64,000 bases of DNA, taken from NCBI GenBank assembly GCA_964583255.1, contig CAZOVY010000004.1, positions 31,100 through 95,099 of the forward strand. The letters run 5' to 3'. Positions within the stretch are counted from its first letter, which is position 1. Each line of letters starts with the position of its first letter. This DNA comes from an uncultured Brevifollis sp. (GTDB lineage Bacteria; Verrucomicrobiota; Verrucomicrobiia; Verrucomicrobiales; Verrucomicrobiaceae). The translations under genes and the position numbers were made by a program. The notes under the pieces were generated by a model. That model ran no database searches. It saw only the letters and a list, made by a program, of their open reading frames with translations, and was not told the origin of the DNA. Shown piece by piece: positions 1-10,463 of the stretch.

Positions 1-323
1 AGTATGCACGCCGCAAAGAAGACCAGCTCATGAATCTGAATGGCGAGGTATTTCAGCGGGTGGTGCATGAATATGATTCTGCGGGTAAGGCCAAAACGCC
101 GAAAGTGATCAATCTCAATGCCAGCGCGCCGAGCATCCGCCCGCAGTCGGTGGACTTCACTCAGGGTGGCACCGCTCCAGGCGCGACTGATCCGGCCTCA
201 CGATTTGCCCCGGTGCAAATGCCAGGTGCTCCTGTCAGCGGCGTCGCTCCAGTGACGCCGCCTTCGGATCAGAAACCGAAGCCTAGTTTCTTCAAGCGTC
301 TCTTCCAGAAAAAGGAAAAGTAA
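1..323 (+). CDS. Hypothetical protein, C-terminal part (5' truncated by window edge)
   Basis: The frame is open from the window start (YARRKEDQL precedes the ATG at 30). Pro-rich low-complexity tail ending KPSFFKRLFQKKEK. Confidence 0.6.
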   Translation, partial: YARRKEDQLMNLNGEVFQRVVHEYDSAGKAKTPKVINLNASAPSIRPQSVDFTQGGTAPGATDPASRFAPVQMPGAPVSGVAPVTPPSDQKPKPSFFKRLFQKKEK

Positions 324-324
324 G

Positions 325-1440
325 TTAGGCCTGATCCGCGACCGCCAGCACCTCATGGGCGGTGCGCATCGCAGCATCTGGGACGCTGATGGGCAGCATA
401 TTGATCCGCATCTGCTGACCGACCTCACTGTTGTTGGCCAGCACTTTGGCCACGGCTTCACCCGTAGCTTGGGCGGTCTCTGAGCGGTAGGCGCATTGAC
501 GGGAAAGCAGCATCTCCGCATTCCCTTCCTCCTGCCCTGGCACGACGTAATCAATGACTGCCGGAATACGCGCTGCCAGCACCTCATGCATGATGGCGCC
601 GCCCGCTTTGCAGATCACCACGTCATGCGTGCGCAGCATTTCAGGAATGCGGGTGGTCCAACCGATGATCTCCACAGGCGAGCCTGAAAGTGAGTCGATA
701 AACTTTCTCAGCACATGATAAAGCCGCGAGCGGTGCTTACCCACAGGGAGCGTCAGCTTCACACCCGCATTGAGCAGAGGCCGGAGAGACTCCAGTGTCG
801 CCGCGACGTGACTCGCTGCGGTCGATGGCAGATAAAGAATGCGCTGCTCCTGCAACTCACTGACTGCGGCAGGCAGTGTCTCGGTGAACTGTAAACTCAC
901 CGGAAAGCCTGTGACGTGGACCTTGTTCACGGGCACGCCGAGCTTTTGCACCACGTCCTCCGTCTCCACATCTGCCACACAGTACAGATCGCTTGGCTGG
1001 ATCAGCCAGATGGGATGAACACTGATCGAATCAGTGATCACCGTCACCAGTTTAGGCACGGCCACGCCTTGGTTTTTTAAAGCATCCAGCAGACCCGCAT
1101 AGAGCGGGTAGGTGCTCACGATGACGCGCGGCTTGAGCGTTTCGATTTTGGATTTCAATCCCTTCACCAGCGGCATCAGCCATAGGCTTTCCTGCTGATT
1201 CATGTCAGATTTCCCCAGCAAATGGTAAACCATCCGCCAGGCACTTGGGAAGTGCGTGATGGCCATTTGATAAAGGCTATTGAGCACACTCGCGATGCGC
1301 GGCTGCACCTCTTTGACCAGATCAGACACCTGCACTTCTTCACCTGGACAAAGCCGCCTGAGCGCCTCCGCAGTAGAGGCCGCCGCAGTGTTATGCCCAT
1401 CACCAAAACCAGCAGTAAGTACAAGTATCACGAGCGCCAT
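325..1440 (-). CDS. GT28-family glycosyltransferase (MGDG synthase/UgtP-like diacylglycerol glycosyltransferase)
   Basis: N-terminal TAGFGDGHN, plus TYP, ITD..VH..W, TGFPV, KAGG and PGQEEGN motifs typical of MGDG synthase/UgtP. Confidence 0.85.
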   Translation of the reverse strand: MALVILVLTAGFGDGHNTAAASTAEALRRLCPGEEVQVSDLVKEVQPRIASVLNSLYQMAITHFPSAWRMVYHLLGKSDMNQQESLWLMPLVKGLKSKIETLKPRVIVSTYPLYAGLLDALKNQGVAVPKLVTVITDSISVHPIWLIQPSDLYCVADVETEDVVQKLGVPVNKVHVTGFPVSLQFTETLPAAVSELQEQRILYLPSTAASHVAATLESLRPLLNAGVKLTLPVGKHRSRLYHVLRKFIDSLSGSPVEIIGWTTRIPEMLRTHDVVICKAGGAIMHEVLAARIPAVIDYVVPGQEEGNAEMLLSRQCAYRSETAQATGEAVAKVLANNSEVGQQMRINMLPISVPDAAMRTAHEVLAVADQA

Positions 1441-1493
1441 CGCTGGCGGTGAATGAGCTGAAACTCAAATGAAAATCTCGGCTCCTTGCAGCG

Positions 1494-2666
1494 TCAAGCC
1501 AGTCGCACACTGCGCTTCTTGTCCAGCTTCAGCACGGCACCGGTTTCCCAGGCTGGCTCGGCTTTCGGATCGGTCAGCTTTTCACCATTGAGCTGGATGC
1601 TTCCACCCTGAATGAGGCGGCGTACATCACCGCCGGACATGGTTTGATTAAACACAGCCTGATAAGCGTGCTGCACGACACCGAGCACATCACGGCGCTC
1701 ACTGAGATTCAGAATGGGCAACTCGACGCTGGAGAGATCACGTTTGCTGAAGCGCAGATCCCAGTCTTCGCGGCATTCTTTGGCGGCTTCTTCGCTGTGA
1801 TAAATAGCCACACAATTGGCGGCGAGTTGCTTCTTGGCTTCCATCGGATGCATCGTGGTGTCCAGCACCTCACCGAGCACGAGCAGGTAGTACTTAGCCA
1901 TGAGTTCATCGGGGATGCTCATGAGCTTGCCAAACATCTCCTTTGGCACATCCGTGAGACCGACATAGTTGCCGAGCGACTTCGACATCTTCTTCACGCC
2001 ATCCAGCCCTTCCAGCAACGGCAGCGTCATGCAGACTTGTGGCTCCATGCCTTCTTCTTTTTGCAGATCACGACCGACGAGGATATTAAAAAGCTGGTCG
2101 CTGCCGCCGATCTCCACATCCGATCTCACGACCACGCTGTCCCAACCCTGCATGATCGGATACTGGAGTTCGTGCAGGCGCACCTCGGTGCTGTTGGCTA
2201 CGCGATTTTTAAAGTCCTCACGCTGCAGCATCTGCTGCAAAGTCACGCGAGCGTTCAGTTTGATCACCTCCATGAAGGCCATCTCCTTGAACCAAGAGCC
2301 GTTGAACACGACTTCTGTCTTGTCTTTGTCGAGCACCAGGAAAGCCTGCTCAGTGTAGGTTTTCGCATTCGATAGCACCTCCTCATAGGTCAAAGCAGGC
2401 CTCGTGGTGGAGCGACCGCTCGGGTCACCGATCATCGCGGTGAAGTCACCAATGATGAGCACGATGTGATGCCCCAGATCCTGGAACTGCTTCAGCTTCC
2501 GCAAACCGACGGCGTGCCCCAGATGAATATCGGGCGATGTCGGATCGACTCCCAGCTTGATGCGCAGCGGCTTGCCGCGTGCCAGTTTTTCAGCGAGTTC
2601 TTTCTCGCTGTGAATGGTGACGGTGCCGCGTTTGAGGATGTCGAGTTGTTCGGGGACGGAGAGCAT
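1494..2666 (-). CDS. tyrS: Tyrosine--tRNA ligase
   Basis: GVDPTSPDIHLGH (HIGH), YPIMQGWD, GGSDQ and KMSKS motifs, with a C-terminal S4-like domain. Confidence 0.97.
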   Translation of the reverse strand: MLSVPEQLDILKRGTVTIHSEKELAEKLARGKPLRIKLGVDPTSPDIHLGHAVGLRKLKQFQDLGHHIVLIIGDFTAMIGDPSGRSTTRPALTYEEVLSNAKTYTEQAFLVLDKDKTEVVFNGSWFKEMAFMEVIKLNARVTLQQMLQREDFKNRVANSTEVRLHELQYPIMQGWDSVVVRSDVEIGGSDQLFNILVGRDLQKEEGMEPQVCMTLPLLEGLDGVKKMSKSLGNYVGLTDVPKEMFGKLMSIPDELMAKYYLLVLGEVLDTTMHPMEAKKQLAANCVAIYHSEEAAKECREDWDLRFSKRDLSSVELPILNLSERRDVLGVVQHAYQAVFNQTMSGGDVRRLIQGGSIQLNGEKLTDPKAEPAWETGAVLKLDKKRSVRLA

Positions 2667-2812
2667 GGGAATGAGAGGCGCGATAGTGTGTCGCGAGGCA
2701 TGTCAGGTCAAATGGGCAAAAAGGTTCTGGCAGCCCGCGCGTAATGAGGCTCTCCTCCGCTGACCTATCCCGACATCATGGCTGAAAGCATCCCTGCACC
2801 TCTCCTGACAAA

Positions 2813-3475
2813 ATGAAACCCGTGGCCCTCATCACTGGCGGATCAGGCGATCTCGCCCAGGCCATCAGAGCCGAGTTAGAGGCTCAGGGTTGGGTCGTCC
2901 GCGCATCTTCTCATCATGAGATGGACGTCACTGACAAAGCTCAGGTGCAGCGTGTTTTCGGCGCGTTGGAGAGACTCGATCTACTCATCCACAACGCAGG
3001 CATCACCCGCGATGCTTTGCTCATCAAGATGACCGAGGCCGACTTTAGCGACGTGCTCAATGTGCATCTCAAAGGAGCCTTCCTCTGCTCGCAGGCTGCC
3101 TTAAAAATCATGGTCAAGCAGCGCCAGGGCCACCTCATTCACCTCGGCTCCTACAGCGCCCTCAGCGGTCCCTCGGGCCAGGCTAATTACGCTGCCGCCA
3201 AAGCGGGACTCATCGCATTGACCCAAAGTCTCGCTGCCGAATACGGAGCACGCGGGATCCGCGCCAACTGCGTTCTCCCAGGCTTCCTTGACACGAAAAT
3301 GACCCGTCATCTTCTGGACGATGAAACCCATCGCCAGCGAGTGCTTGCCGCGCATACACTCGGCCAGCTAAGCACCGCGCAAGACAGCGCGCGCTTTATC
3401 GCTTTTCTGCATACGATGCCTCACGTCAGCGGCCAAGTCTTCCAGCTCGACAGCCGAATCTCACGCTGGGTGTAG
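2813..3475 (+). CDS. Short-chain dehydrogenase/reductase, FabG-like
   Basis: TGGSGDLA, NAGITRD, YAAAK catalytic motif and PGFLDTKMT. Confidence 0.9.
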   Translation: MKPVALITGGSGDLAQAIRAELEAQGWVVRASSHHEMDVTDKAQVQRVFGALERLDLLIHNAGITRDALLIKMTEADFSDVLNVHLKGAFLCSQAALKIMVKQRQGHLIHLGSYSALSGPSGQANYAAAKAGLIALTQSLAAEYGARGIRANCVLPGFLDTKMTRHLLDDETHRQRVLAAHTLGQLSTAQDSARFIAFLHTMPHVSGQVFQLDSRISRWV

Positions 3476-3486
3476 TCAGACTCATC

Positions 3487-4488
3487 ATGAAATTAAGCCA
3501 ACTATTATTCTTGCTGACAGCCTTCAGCCATTTGGTTCACGCACAAAGCATTTCACCTGACTGGCAGCTCGAAGGAGCGGCTCCATGGCAGGCTCGCGAT
3601 TCGCAGGCAGAGTGGGTGTTTCGAGATCAGCTCTGGATCGGTGGCGGATGGTTTCAGTCGTTTGCAGAACCGCCCCGTGATGTTTGGTCCTCTCGTGATG
3701 GCAAGGAGTGGAAGCTAATCGAAAAGAACGCGCCTTGGCTGCATAGCGATCTGCCGATGAACATCACCTTCGCAGACAAAATGTGGATCATGGGCGGCTG
3801 GCATAAGGGCAGACTACCTGGGCATTCGGCGAGCAATCAAGTATGGTCATCCAGCGACGGCATCCAATGGGATCAGGTGACTGCATCTGCCGGATGGTCG
3901 CCACGGCTCGCGTCTGGCATCGTCGAGTTTCAGGGTCGTCTGTGGCTACTCGGCGGCACAGAGAACTACTATTTCGGAACGGATAAAAGTTTGAAAAACG
4001 ACGTGTGGTCCTCAGCCGACGGCAGAGAATGGAAACTCGAAACGGCAGGCGCTGGCTGGTCTCCACGCGCCTATCATCAGGCCATCGTTTTGAACAACAA
4101 GATCTACGTCTTCGGCGGTGGTAACTACACGCCCGCATTCCATGCAAAGAATGATGTTTGGTCATCAAGCGATGGTGTGAACTGGACTTGCGAGACAGAA
4201 TCCGCGCCATGGGAGCCACGACTCTGGTTCAGCGCAGTTGTGTATCGTGGGCACATGTGGGTGCTCGGCGGTTGGTCCAAGGAGAAGGACAACTTTGGTG
4301 ATGTGTGGCATAGCGCCGATGGAAAAACATGGCAGCAACTCGAAACTAAAACTTGCTGGAAGGCACGGCATGAACACTCGGCTTTCGTTTTCCAGGACAA
4401 GCTCTGGCTGGCTGGCGGTCACGCGCGACCTCTATCGAATGAGGTATGGTCTTTGAAATTACCAAGCGCGTGGAAACCTCAAAGATAG
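3487..4488 (+). CDS. Secreted Kelch-like beta-propeller protein
   Basis: Signal peptide followed by repeated (L/M)W..GG ... DVWSS.DG..W units. Confidence 0.8.
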   Translation: MKLSQLLFLLTAFSHLVHAQSISPDWQLEGAAPWQARDSQAEWVFRDQLWIGGGWFQSFAEPPRDVWSSRDGKEWKLIEKNAPWLHSDLPMNITFADKMWIMGGWHKGRLPGHSASNQVWSSSDGIQWDQVTASAGWSPRLASGIVEFQGRLWLLGGTENYYFGTDKSLKNDVWSSADGREWKLETAGAGWSPRAYHQAIVLNNKIYVFGGGNYTPAFHAKNDVWSSSDGVNWTCETESAPWEPRLWFSAVVYRGHMWVLGGWSKEKDNFGDVWHSADGKTWQQLETKTCWKARHEHSAFVFQDKLWLAGGHARPLSNEVWSLKLPSAWKPQR

Positions 4489-4563
4489 AGACACTCCGCA
4501 ATCAGAAAGGATGTGGACAGTGAGCCGTTTGCTTGCTGCTTCTTTGACTCAACTCAACCACCC

Positions 4564-5415
4564 ATGAAACTCCGCCTTTTCGCCTTCCTCGCCGCCGCTG
4601 CATTCATCATGCCAAACTTCACCAGCGCAGAAATTGCCGTGAAGAGCGGTGACAAAATCGCCTTTCTTGGCGACTCGATCACGGCGGGTGGTTGGGGCAA
4701 TCCAGCGGGCTATGTGAAGCTCGTGATCGCTGGATTGGAAGCAAATGGAGTCAAAGCAGAGCCTATCCCTGCCGGCATCAGCGGGCACAAGTCAGATCAA
4801 ATGCTCGCACGGCTCGACAAAGATGTGCTGAGCAAAAAACCGCAGTGGATGACACTGAGCTGTGGTGTGAACGATGTCTGGCACGGCCCACGCGGCGTGC
4901 CGCTGGATGACGCGATGGCAAAGAGCGGCACCTATGATGAGAAAGTCGCCACCCGTGGCACTTATCAGAAGAACATCACTGCCATCATCGACCAAGCGAC
5001 GAGCGCAGGCGTGAAGCCAGTGATGCTCACCGCGACGGTGATCCAAGAGAATCTCAGCAGCAAAGAGAACGGCCTGCTCGCGCCGTATAACGAGTTCCTC
5101 CGCAAGCTCGCGAAGGAAAAGAAGGTCCCGATGGCCGACCTGTTCGCCATGTTTGGAGAGCGCATCAAGGCAGAGAACAAACCGAACGTCAAAGTTCTCA
5201 CCAGCGACGGAGTTCACATGAATGGCGAAGGCAATAAGCTCATGGCGATCGGTGTGCTAAAGGCTTTCGGCCTCAATGCCGCCGAACTCAACAAAGCCAA
5301 AGCCTCCTGGCCCGCGCTCGAAGTAGCCGCCGCAGAGTTCGCGAAGAAGCAGGCCGAAGCACGCGCCAAAGCGGCTGCGGAGAATGCCAAGGCCGCACCA
5401 GCACCGAAGAAGTAA
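4564..5415 (+). CDS. Secreted SGNH/GDSL hydrolase
   Basis: Signal peptide from ATG 4564. GDSIT, GVND and DGVH blocks; Ala/Lys-rich tail. Confidence 0.9.
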   Translation: MKLRLFAFLAAAAFIMPNFTSAEIAVKSGDKIAFLGDSITAGGWGNPAGYVKLVIAGLEANGVKAEPIPAGISGHKSDQMLARLDKDVLSKKPQWMTLSCGVNDVWHGPRGVPLDDAMAKSGTYDEKVATRGTYQKNITAIIDQATSAGVKPVMLTATVIQENLSSKENGLLAPYNEFLRKLAKEKKVPMADLFAMFGERIKAENKPNVKVLTSDGVHMNGEGNKLMAIGVLKAFGLNAAELNKAKASWPALEVAAAEFAKKQAEARAKAAAENAKAAPAPKK

Positions 5416-5492
5416 GTATTGCGGTATTCCGAACGAGGCCATCTTCATCGACGCACTCGCATTCCAGGCAGGTCAGGATGTCTGCACCTGCC

Positions 5493-8400
5493 TCACAAGC
5501 TCCTCAACATCGTCATCGTTTCGGCGAGTTGCCGGTAGCCGGCTTTCTCGGTGAGGCGCGGGAACTTGCCGTGGATCATGACGAACTTGCCATTGCGGGT
5601 GAGCATGAGTTTGCGGTCCTTGATCTCGATGTCGGTGATGCCTGCATGAGAGGCGGCAAGACGAAGTGACGCGCAGGTGAGAAGGTTCTGCACGGGATAG
5701 GGGAGTTTATCACCGAACTGATCACGCCACTGCGTTTCGAGTTCGTCGAGTTCTTTGCGCGTCATTACCTCACCAAGCTGGCGATAGGCGGTGATGCGGA
5801 GTCGCGTGTCTTCCATGAAATTGCTTGGCAGGAAGGCGGGCGTGGCTCCGGGCAAAGCCTGCACCATGAGCGCTTCGGTTTGAACCAGGAAGTCAGCGCG
5901 CAGGCTGACATCAATCGGACGAGCGACTCGGCGGCCCTGCATCCGGTTCACGCTCTGCTTGAGCATCTGGCAGTACATGTCGAAACCGACGGCGGCAATG
6001 TGGCCGCTCTGCTCGGTGCCGAGAAGATTTCCAGCGCCGCGAATCTCCAGATCGCGCAGCGCGATTTTAAAGCCGCTGCCGAGGCCGGTGTACTGCTTGA
6101 TGGCATTCACGCGCTTGCGGGCATCACCAGCCGTCACGGCATCGCGGGGCAAAAGCAGATAAGCATGAGCCTGCGTGCCGCCACGACCCACGCGACCGCG
6201 AAGTTGATAGAGATCGGCGAGCCCAAAGCGATCGGCGCGGTCGATGATGATGGTGTTGGCATTCGGAATATCGACACCGCTTTCGATGATGGTCGTGCAG
6301 ACGAGTACGTCGGCGTCACCATCGACAAACTTGTGCATCACATCTTCAAGAAGCTCCTCGTCCATCTGGCCGTGGCCGATGATCACTCGCGCCGTGGGAC
6401 AAAGCGCGCGGATGCGGCTGGCGATGTTCTCGATGGAGATGACGCGATTGTGCAGGAAGAAGACCTGACCACCGCGCTCGATCTCGGCATCGACGGCCTG
6501 CTTGATGACGCGCTCGTCATACGGACAGATCTGGGTTTGCACGGCCTGCTTGTTCGGAGGCGGCGTCTCGATGGTGCTCATATCACGCATCCCCATGAGC
6601 GCGAGGTAAAGCGTGCGCGGAATCGGCGTGGCGCTGAGCGTGAGCACATCCACGAGGCGGAATATCTCCTTGAACTTCTCTTTGTGCTTCACGCCGAAGC
6701 GCTGCTCTTCATCGATCACAACGAGGCCGAGATCTTTGAAACGCACATCTTTGGAAATGACGCGATGCGTGCCGATCACGATGTCCACCGTGCCTTCACG
6801 CAGACCTTGGATGATCTTCTTCTCGCGGTTCTTCGGCGTGAGTCGGCAGAGCATTTCCACCGTGACGGGGAACTCGCTCATGCGCTCGCGGATATTGATC
6901 CAATGCTGTCGTGCGAGCACGGTCGTGGGCACCAGGATGGCGACTTGCTTGCCACCCATCACCGCTTTGAAAGCCGCGCGAATAGCGACTTCGGTTTTAC
7001 CAAAACCCACGTCCGCGCAGAGCAGCCGCTCCATGGGTTTTTCGGACTCCATATCGCGCTTGATCTCTTCCACACAACGGAGCTGATCCGGCGTCTCGCG
7101 ATAGAGGAAGGACTGCTCAAACTCGACCTGCCATTTCGTGTCATGCTGATGGGCGTAGCCCGTCACCGTCTGCCGCTCGGCGCTGATGCTCAGCATCTTT
7201 GCGGCGAACTCTTCCACACTCTTCTCCGCGCTCTTGCGGGTCTTCTGCCAAGACGCGCCACCGAGCTTGCTGAGCGCTGGCGCCTTGCCGCCGACGCCAA
7301 CATAGCGCGTGACCATGTGCGCCTGCACCACGGGCACGAAAAGCTTCGCCTGATCAGCATAATGCAGCGCAAGCACCTCTTCTTTTTTACCACTCGGTGA
7401 GGTGCGTGTCTCGATGCCAGCAAAGCGCGCGACACCGTGATCGTTGTGCACGACGAGATCGCCATCACGCAGCTCGCGCAGGACATCGCGCGCCTTTCGC
7501 AACGTCTCGGGATCGTCCAGCTTCGAGCCACGCACGCGGCGCGTGTGCTGGTGACGGCCAAAGATTTCCGCGCCGGTGAGCACGGCGAGTTTGGCTGTCG
7601 GCACCGTGAAGCCGCGATAAAGCAGGCCGAGTTGGGTTTCCGTGTCTTTGCTAGCATCAGCCGCACGCAACTCGGCGAAGCGTTCCCTCTCCGCTTCATT
7701 GTGAAAGAAGATCACCGTCTTCCATCCGAGCTTATTCCATTCATGAAGCTGCATCTCGAACTGCTTCCGCCGTGCCTCATGCAGCACGAAGTCGGAGGCA
7801 TCAAAGACACCGAGCGGGTTTTCATGAATGGCGCTGCTGTAATCTTCGGGCCACTCACTCGGCATCACACCAGCGATGATGCGTGCATGACATGGGAGGT
7901 CAGCTTCACCGATCACGAGCACGAGATCGTCCTGACTCAGATAGTCGCGCACGCGGCCACTCTCAGTGGCTGCTTCAGAGATTTGCAGGATGACGCCAGC
8001 ACGGTCGATGCGTTTGATCGACGATTGATTGTGCAGATCAAAGGCGCGGATGGACTCGATCACGTCATCGAACCACTCCACACGCAGCGGTTCTTCCGCC
8101 TGCCAGGAAAAGAAATCCACAATGCCGCCGCGCCGCGCGAACTGCCCGCGCTCCATCACCACTGGCACACGCTCGTAACCTGCACCGCCGAGATCGCTGA
8201 CAAAGGCCTCCACATCGAGCTTCGCGCCGACTTCGATCATGCGGCGCTGGCTTTCCAGCTCACGCGCGGCGGGCACAGCTTCATCCAAACTGTCGGCGCA
8301 GAGGAGGAGCGTCGGTGGACAGTCGGCCCCGTGCACACGCCATCGACTTAGTGCCGACACACGCTCCGCCATCGAGTCAGGATCTTGCAGCGCCTCACCG

Positions 8401-8744
8401 ACCAACTGAATCTGACGTGGGAAATACAACGCCGCGCATTGCCACACCATGAGTTCGGCATGGACATGATCCTGCATTCGCACGTCTGGACACAGCACCC
8501 AGAGCCGACGCTGCATTCGCTGCGCCTGTGCGATCACGAGCGCGGTGGCAAAGGACGTGGCTTCTGGCGTGACATGATCCAGACAGACGACATCGCCTTG
8601 GCCTAATGCGGAAAGCTTCATCTGAAAATCCGCCGTCTCCGTCACTCTCTGCACCAGAGCATGTTGCTCCACCCGCAGCGCTCCAGATGGATGGGTGGAT
8701 GCAGTGCGTTTGGATTTCGAGACAGGCGATTTTGGCAAACTCAA
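5493..8744 (-). CDS. mfd: Transcription-repair coupling factor (start codon uncertain)
   Basis: UvrB-like module, CarD/RID domain, ADVGFGKT, DEEQRFG, SATPIPRT, QLRGRVGR, DLEIRGAGN and C-terminal TRCF domain. Confidence 0.97.
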   Translation of the reverse strand: MSLPKSPVSKSKRTASTHPSGALRVEQHALVQRVTETADFQMKLSALGQGDVVCLDHVTPEATSFATALVIAQAQRMQRRLWVLCPDVRMQDHVHAELMVWQCAALYFPRQIQLVGEALQDPDSMAERVSALSRWRVHGADCPPTLLLCADSLDEAVPAARELESQRRMIEVGAKLDVEAFVSDLGGAGYERVPVVMERGQFARRGGIVDFFSWQAEEPLRVEWFDDVIESIRAFDLHNQSSIKRIDRAGVILQISEAATESGRVRDYLSQDDLVLVIGEADLPCHARIIAGVMPSEWPEDYSSAIHENPLGVFDASDFVLHEARRKQFEMQLHEWNKLGWKTVIFFHNEAERERFAELRAADASKDTETQLGLLYRGFTVPTAKLAVLTGAEIFGRHQHTRRVRGSKLDDPETLRKARDVLRELRDGDLVVHNDHGVARFAGIETRTSPSGKKEEVLALHYADQAKLFVPVVQAHMVTRYVGVGGKAPALSKLGGASWQKTRKSAEKSVEEFAAKMLSISAERQTVTGYAHQHDTKWQVEFEQSFLYRETPDQLRCVEEIKRDMESEKPMERLLCADVGFGKTEVAIRAAFKAVMGGKQVAILVPTTVLARQHWINIRERMSEFPVTVEMLCRLTPKNREKKIIQGLREGTVDIVIGTHRVISKDVRFKDLGLVVIDEEQRFGVKHKEKFKEIFRLVDVLTLSATPIPRTLYLALMGMRDMSTIETPPPNKQAVQTQICPYDERVIKQAVDAEIERGGQVFFLHNRVISIENIASRIRALCPTARVIIGHGQMDEELLEDVMHKFVDGDADVLVCTTIIESGVDIPNANTIIIDRADRFGLADLYQLRGRVGRGGTQAHAYLLLPRDAVTAGDARKRVNAIKQYTGLGSGFKIALRDLEIRGAGNLLGTEQSGHIAAVGFDMYCQMLKQSVNRMQGRRVARPIDVSLRADFLVQTEALMVQALPGATPAFLPSNFMEDTRLRITAYRQLGEVMTRKELDELETQWRDQFGDKLPYPVQNLLTCASLRLAASHAGITDIEIKDRKLMLTRNGKFVMIHGKFPRLTEKAGYRQLAETMTMLRSL

Positions 8745-8886
8745 GACGTGGTGGTTAACGCACGGCGCGAGTATCAGGACGCGGAATGCTGCCCGCGCAA
8801 GATGCCAATCTTCAGCCTTGTCATTCGAGGTGCGATCTGATGGAATCTCATTTGTCGGATAACCAACCCCGACATCCCCCCACCCT

Positions 8887-9423
8887 ATGAAACCGTACCT
8901 TCAATGTATCGGCGTTCGTTTGGCGTTCATCTTCGTGATGGGCGCAGGTTTAGGAGTCGCAAAGGCAGCGGATGATCTCGAGAACCTCTTCCAAATGGGA
9001 AGAACCGCCTATTACAGAGGCGATCTCGAACAAGCGCAGCAGTTGCTGTCCATGGTCGCGCAGCAAAACCCGCGACATCAAGAAACGCGGATTTTGCTGG
9101 GTGACATTCGCGCCAAGTTAAAGGCCAGCAGCGGCAGTTCGTTAAAGAAGAGGTATGAAGGCGTCAAAATCGCCAAGATTGAGTTTGCCGATGTCACGCT
9201 TCAAGAGGCTCTGGATGGGCTGCGCGTGATGTCAAAGAATGCCAGCAGCGGCCAAGTCTTGCCTAATTTCATCATCACCGATGAGAAGCTGAAGTCGAAG
9301 ATGTTGTCCCTGACACTCACCGACGTGCCCCTGACCCAGGCCATCGAGTACGTCGCGCGCATCGCCGGAGCCAAAGCCTCGTATGACGATCATGCGGTGC
9401 TTTTCACCAGCATCGGCGGCTGA
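8887..9423 (+). CDS. Secreted protein with TPR-like helix pair and STN-like (secretin/TonB N-terminal) domain
   Basis: Signal peptide, then GRTAYYRGDLEQA (TPR-like) and IEFADVTLQEAL...LTLTDVPLTQAIEY (STN-like). Confidence 0.6.
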   Translation: MKPYLQCIGVRLAFIFVMGAGLGVAKAADDLENLFQMGRTAYYRGDLEQAQQLLSMVAQQNPRHQETRILLGDIRAKLKASSGSSLKKRYEGVKIAKIEFADVTLQEALDGLRVMSKNASSGQVLPNFIITDEKLKSKMLSLTLTDVPLTQAIEYVARIAGAKASYDDHAVLFTSIGG

Positions 9424-9497
9424 TCAAAACGTGGCGCGACTGAGCCTGATTGCATCCACGCTCGACAGGGCGCGGGATTTCAGGTTCATTCGCCGCC

Positions 9498-10463
9498 ATG
9501 TTTCTCGCTACCACATCGTTTGCATCGCTGATGGGCTTTGCTCCGCTGGCCTCTGAGCATTGGGTTCTTCTGGTGATCCTCATGCTCCTGGGTGCTGGCG
9601 GCGCGTGGTATTTTCAGGAGAAGAAAATCCAGGCGCTGAAGCAACAGCAAGCCGAGCAAGAGGCAGCCCATGTGTCTGCGGTGAAGTCCCTGAAGACTGA
9701 ATCCGCCACGCAAGCTGCCATCGCGCAGCAGAAGCTCGATGACGCCGCCACCGCCTACAAGCTGCTCGAAGAACGCCACGCGACTCTGCGTGAGTCCGCC
9801 CAGCGACGTGAGTTGGATGCGGATCAGCGCATCGCAAACCTGAACACTGATCTGACCGCTGCCCGGGAGATCGCTGCACAGCTCGAACCCGCCAAGGTGC
9901 GCATCAGCGATCTCGAAACAGCTTTGTCCTCAGAGCGCGGACGCGTGAGTGCGCTGGAGCAAACCGTGGTCGTATCGAACAAGCGTGCCGACGACTTCGA
10001 GCGCCGCTTGGATCAGAGCCAAGCCGAGTTCGTCAAAGCGCGACACATCACCGAGCAGCGTGAGAGCGAGCTTCAGGCAGACATTGCCAAACTCGATCAA
10101 ACGATCAAAGACAACGTCGCTCGTTTGGAAAGTGTGGACAACGAGATCGCCACGCATACCGCCTACAAGCAGCATTCCGAGACCCGCATCACGAATCTCC
10201 AACGTCAGCTTGCCGCTGCCGAAGCCAAATCGGCGCTGGTGCAAAAAGAGTTCATGAGTGCCGTCGGCACACTGCCGCAAACACCTATCGTCTCCAGCCG
10301 AACGCCAGCGTCAGCCGACGACAAACGCGTGGCTGAACTCGAAGCCAAACTTACGCAGGTAGAGGCCGAAGCCCGCAAGAAAGCCCGGGAAGACAGCTAC
10401 AAAATCGCCGAACTAGAATTCCGCCTCAGCGAGGCCACTGAGGCGCTGGCAAAGAAGGAATGA
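9498..10463 (+). CDS. Membrane-anchored coiled-coil protein
   Basis: N-terminal TM helix (WVLLVILMLLGAGGAWYF) followed by a long heptad-rich A/E/Q/L segment. Confidence 0.7.
   Translation: MFLATTSFASLMGFAPLASEHWVLLVILMLLGAGGAWYFQEKKIQALKQQQAEQEAAHVSAVKSLKTESATQAAIAQQKLDDAATAYKLLEERHATLRESAQRRELDADQRIANLNTDLTAAREIAAQLEPAKVRISDLETALSSERGRVSALEQTVVVSNKRADDFERRLDQSQAEFVKARHITEQRESELQADIAKLDQTIKDNVARLESVDNEIATHTAYKQHSETRITNLQRQLAAAEAKSALVQKEFMSAVGTLPQTPIVSSRTPASADDKRVAELEAKLTQVEAEARKKAREDSYKIAELEFRLSEATEALAKKE

Noticed and set aside
5395..5415. Near-identical 3' ends (gcaccgaagaagta) of the SGNH gene and the SASA gene at about 41250-41264 as att sites or direct repeats
   Set aside because: The 14-nt match is explained by shared APKK-stop tails. 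No integrase is present and the intervening DNA is housekeeping.
5880..8351. Long antisense ORFs (506 and 304 aa) over mfd; similar ones over glyQS (574 aa), dnaE, cphA and the TonB receptor
   Set aside because: These are shadow ORFs expected from high-GC codon bias. They lack motifs and lie opposite clearly identified genes.
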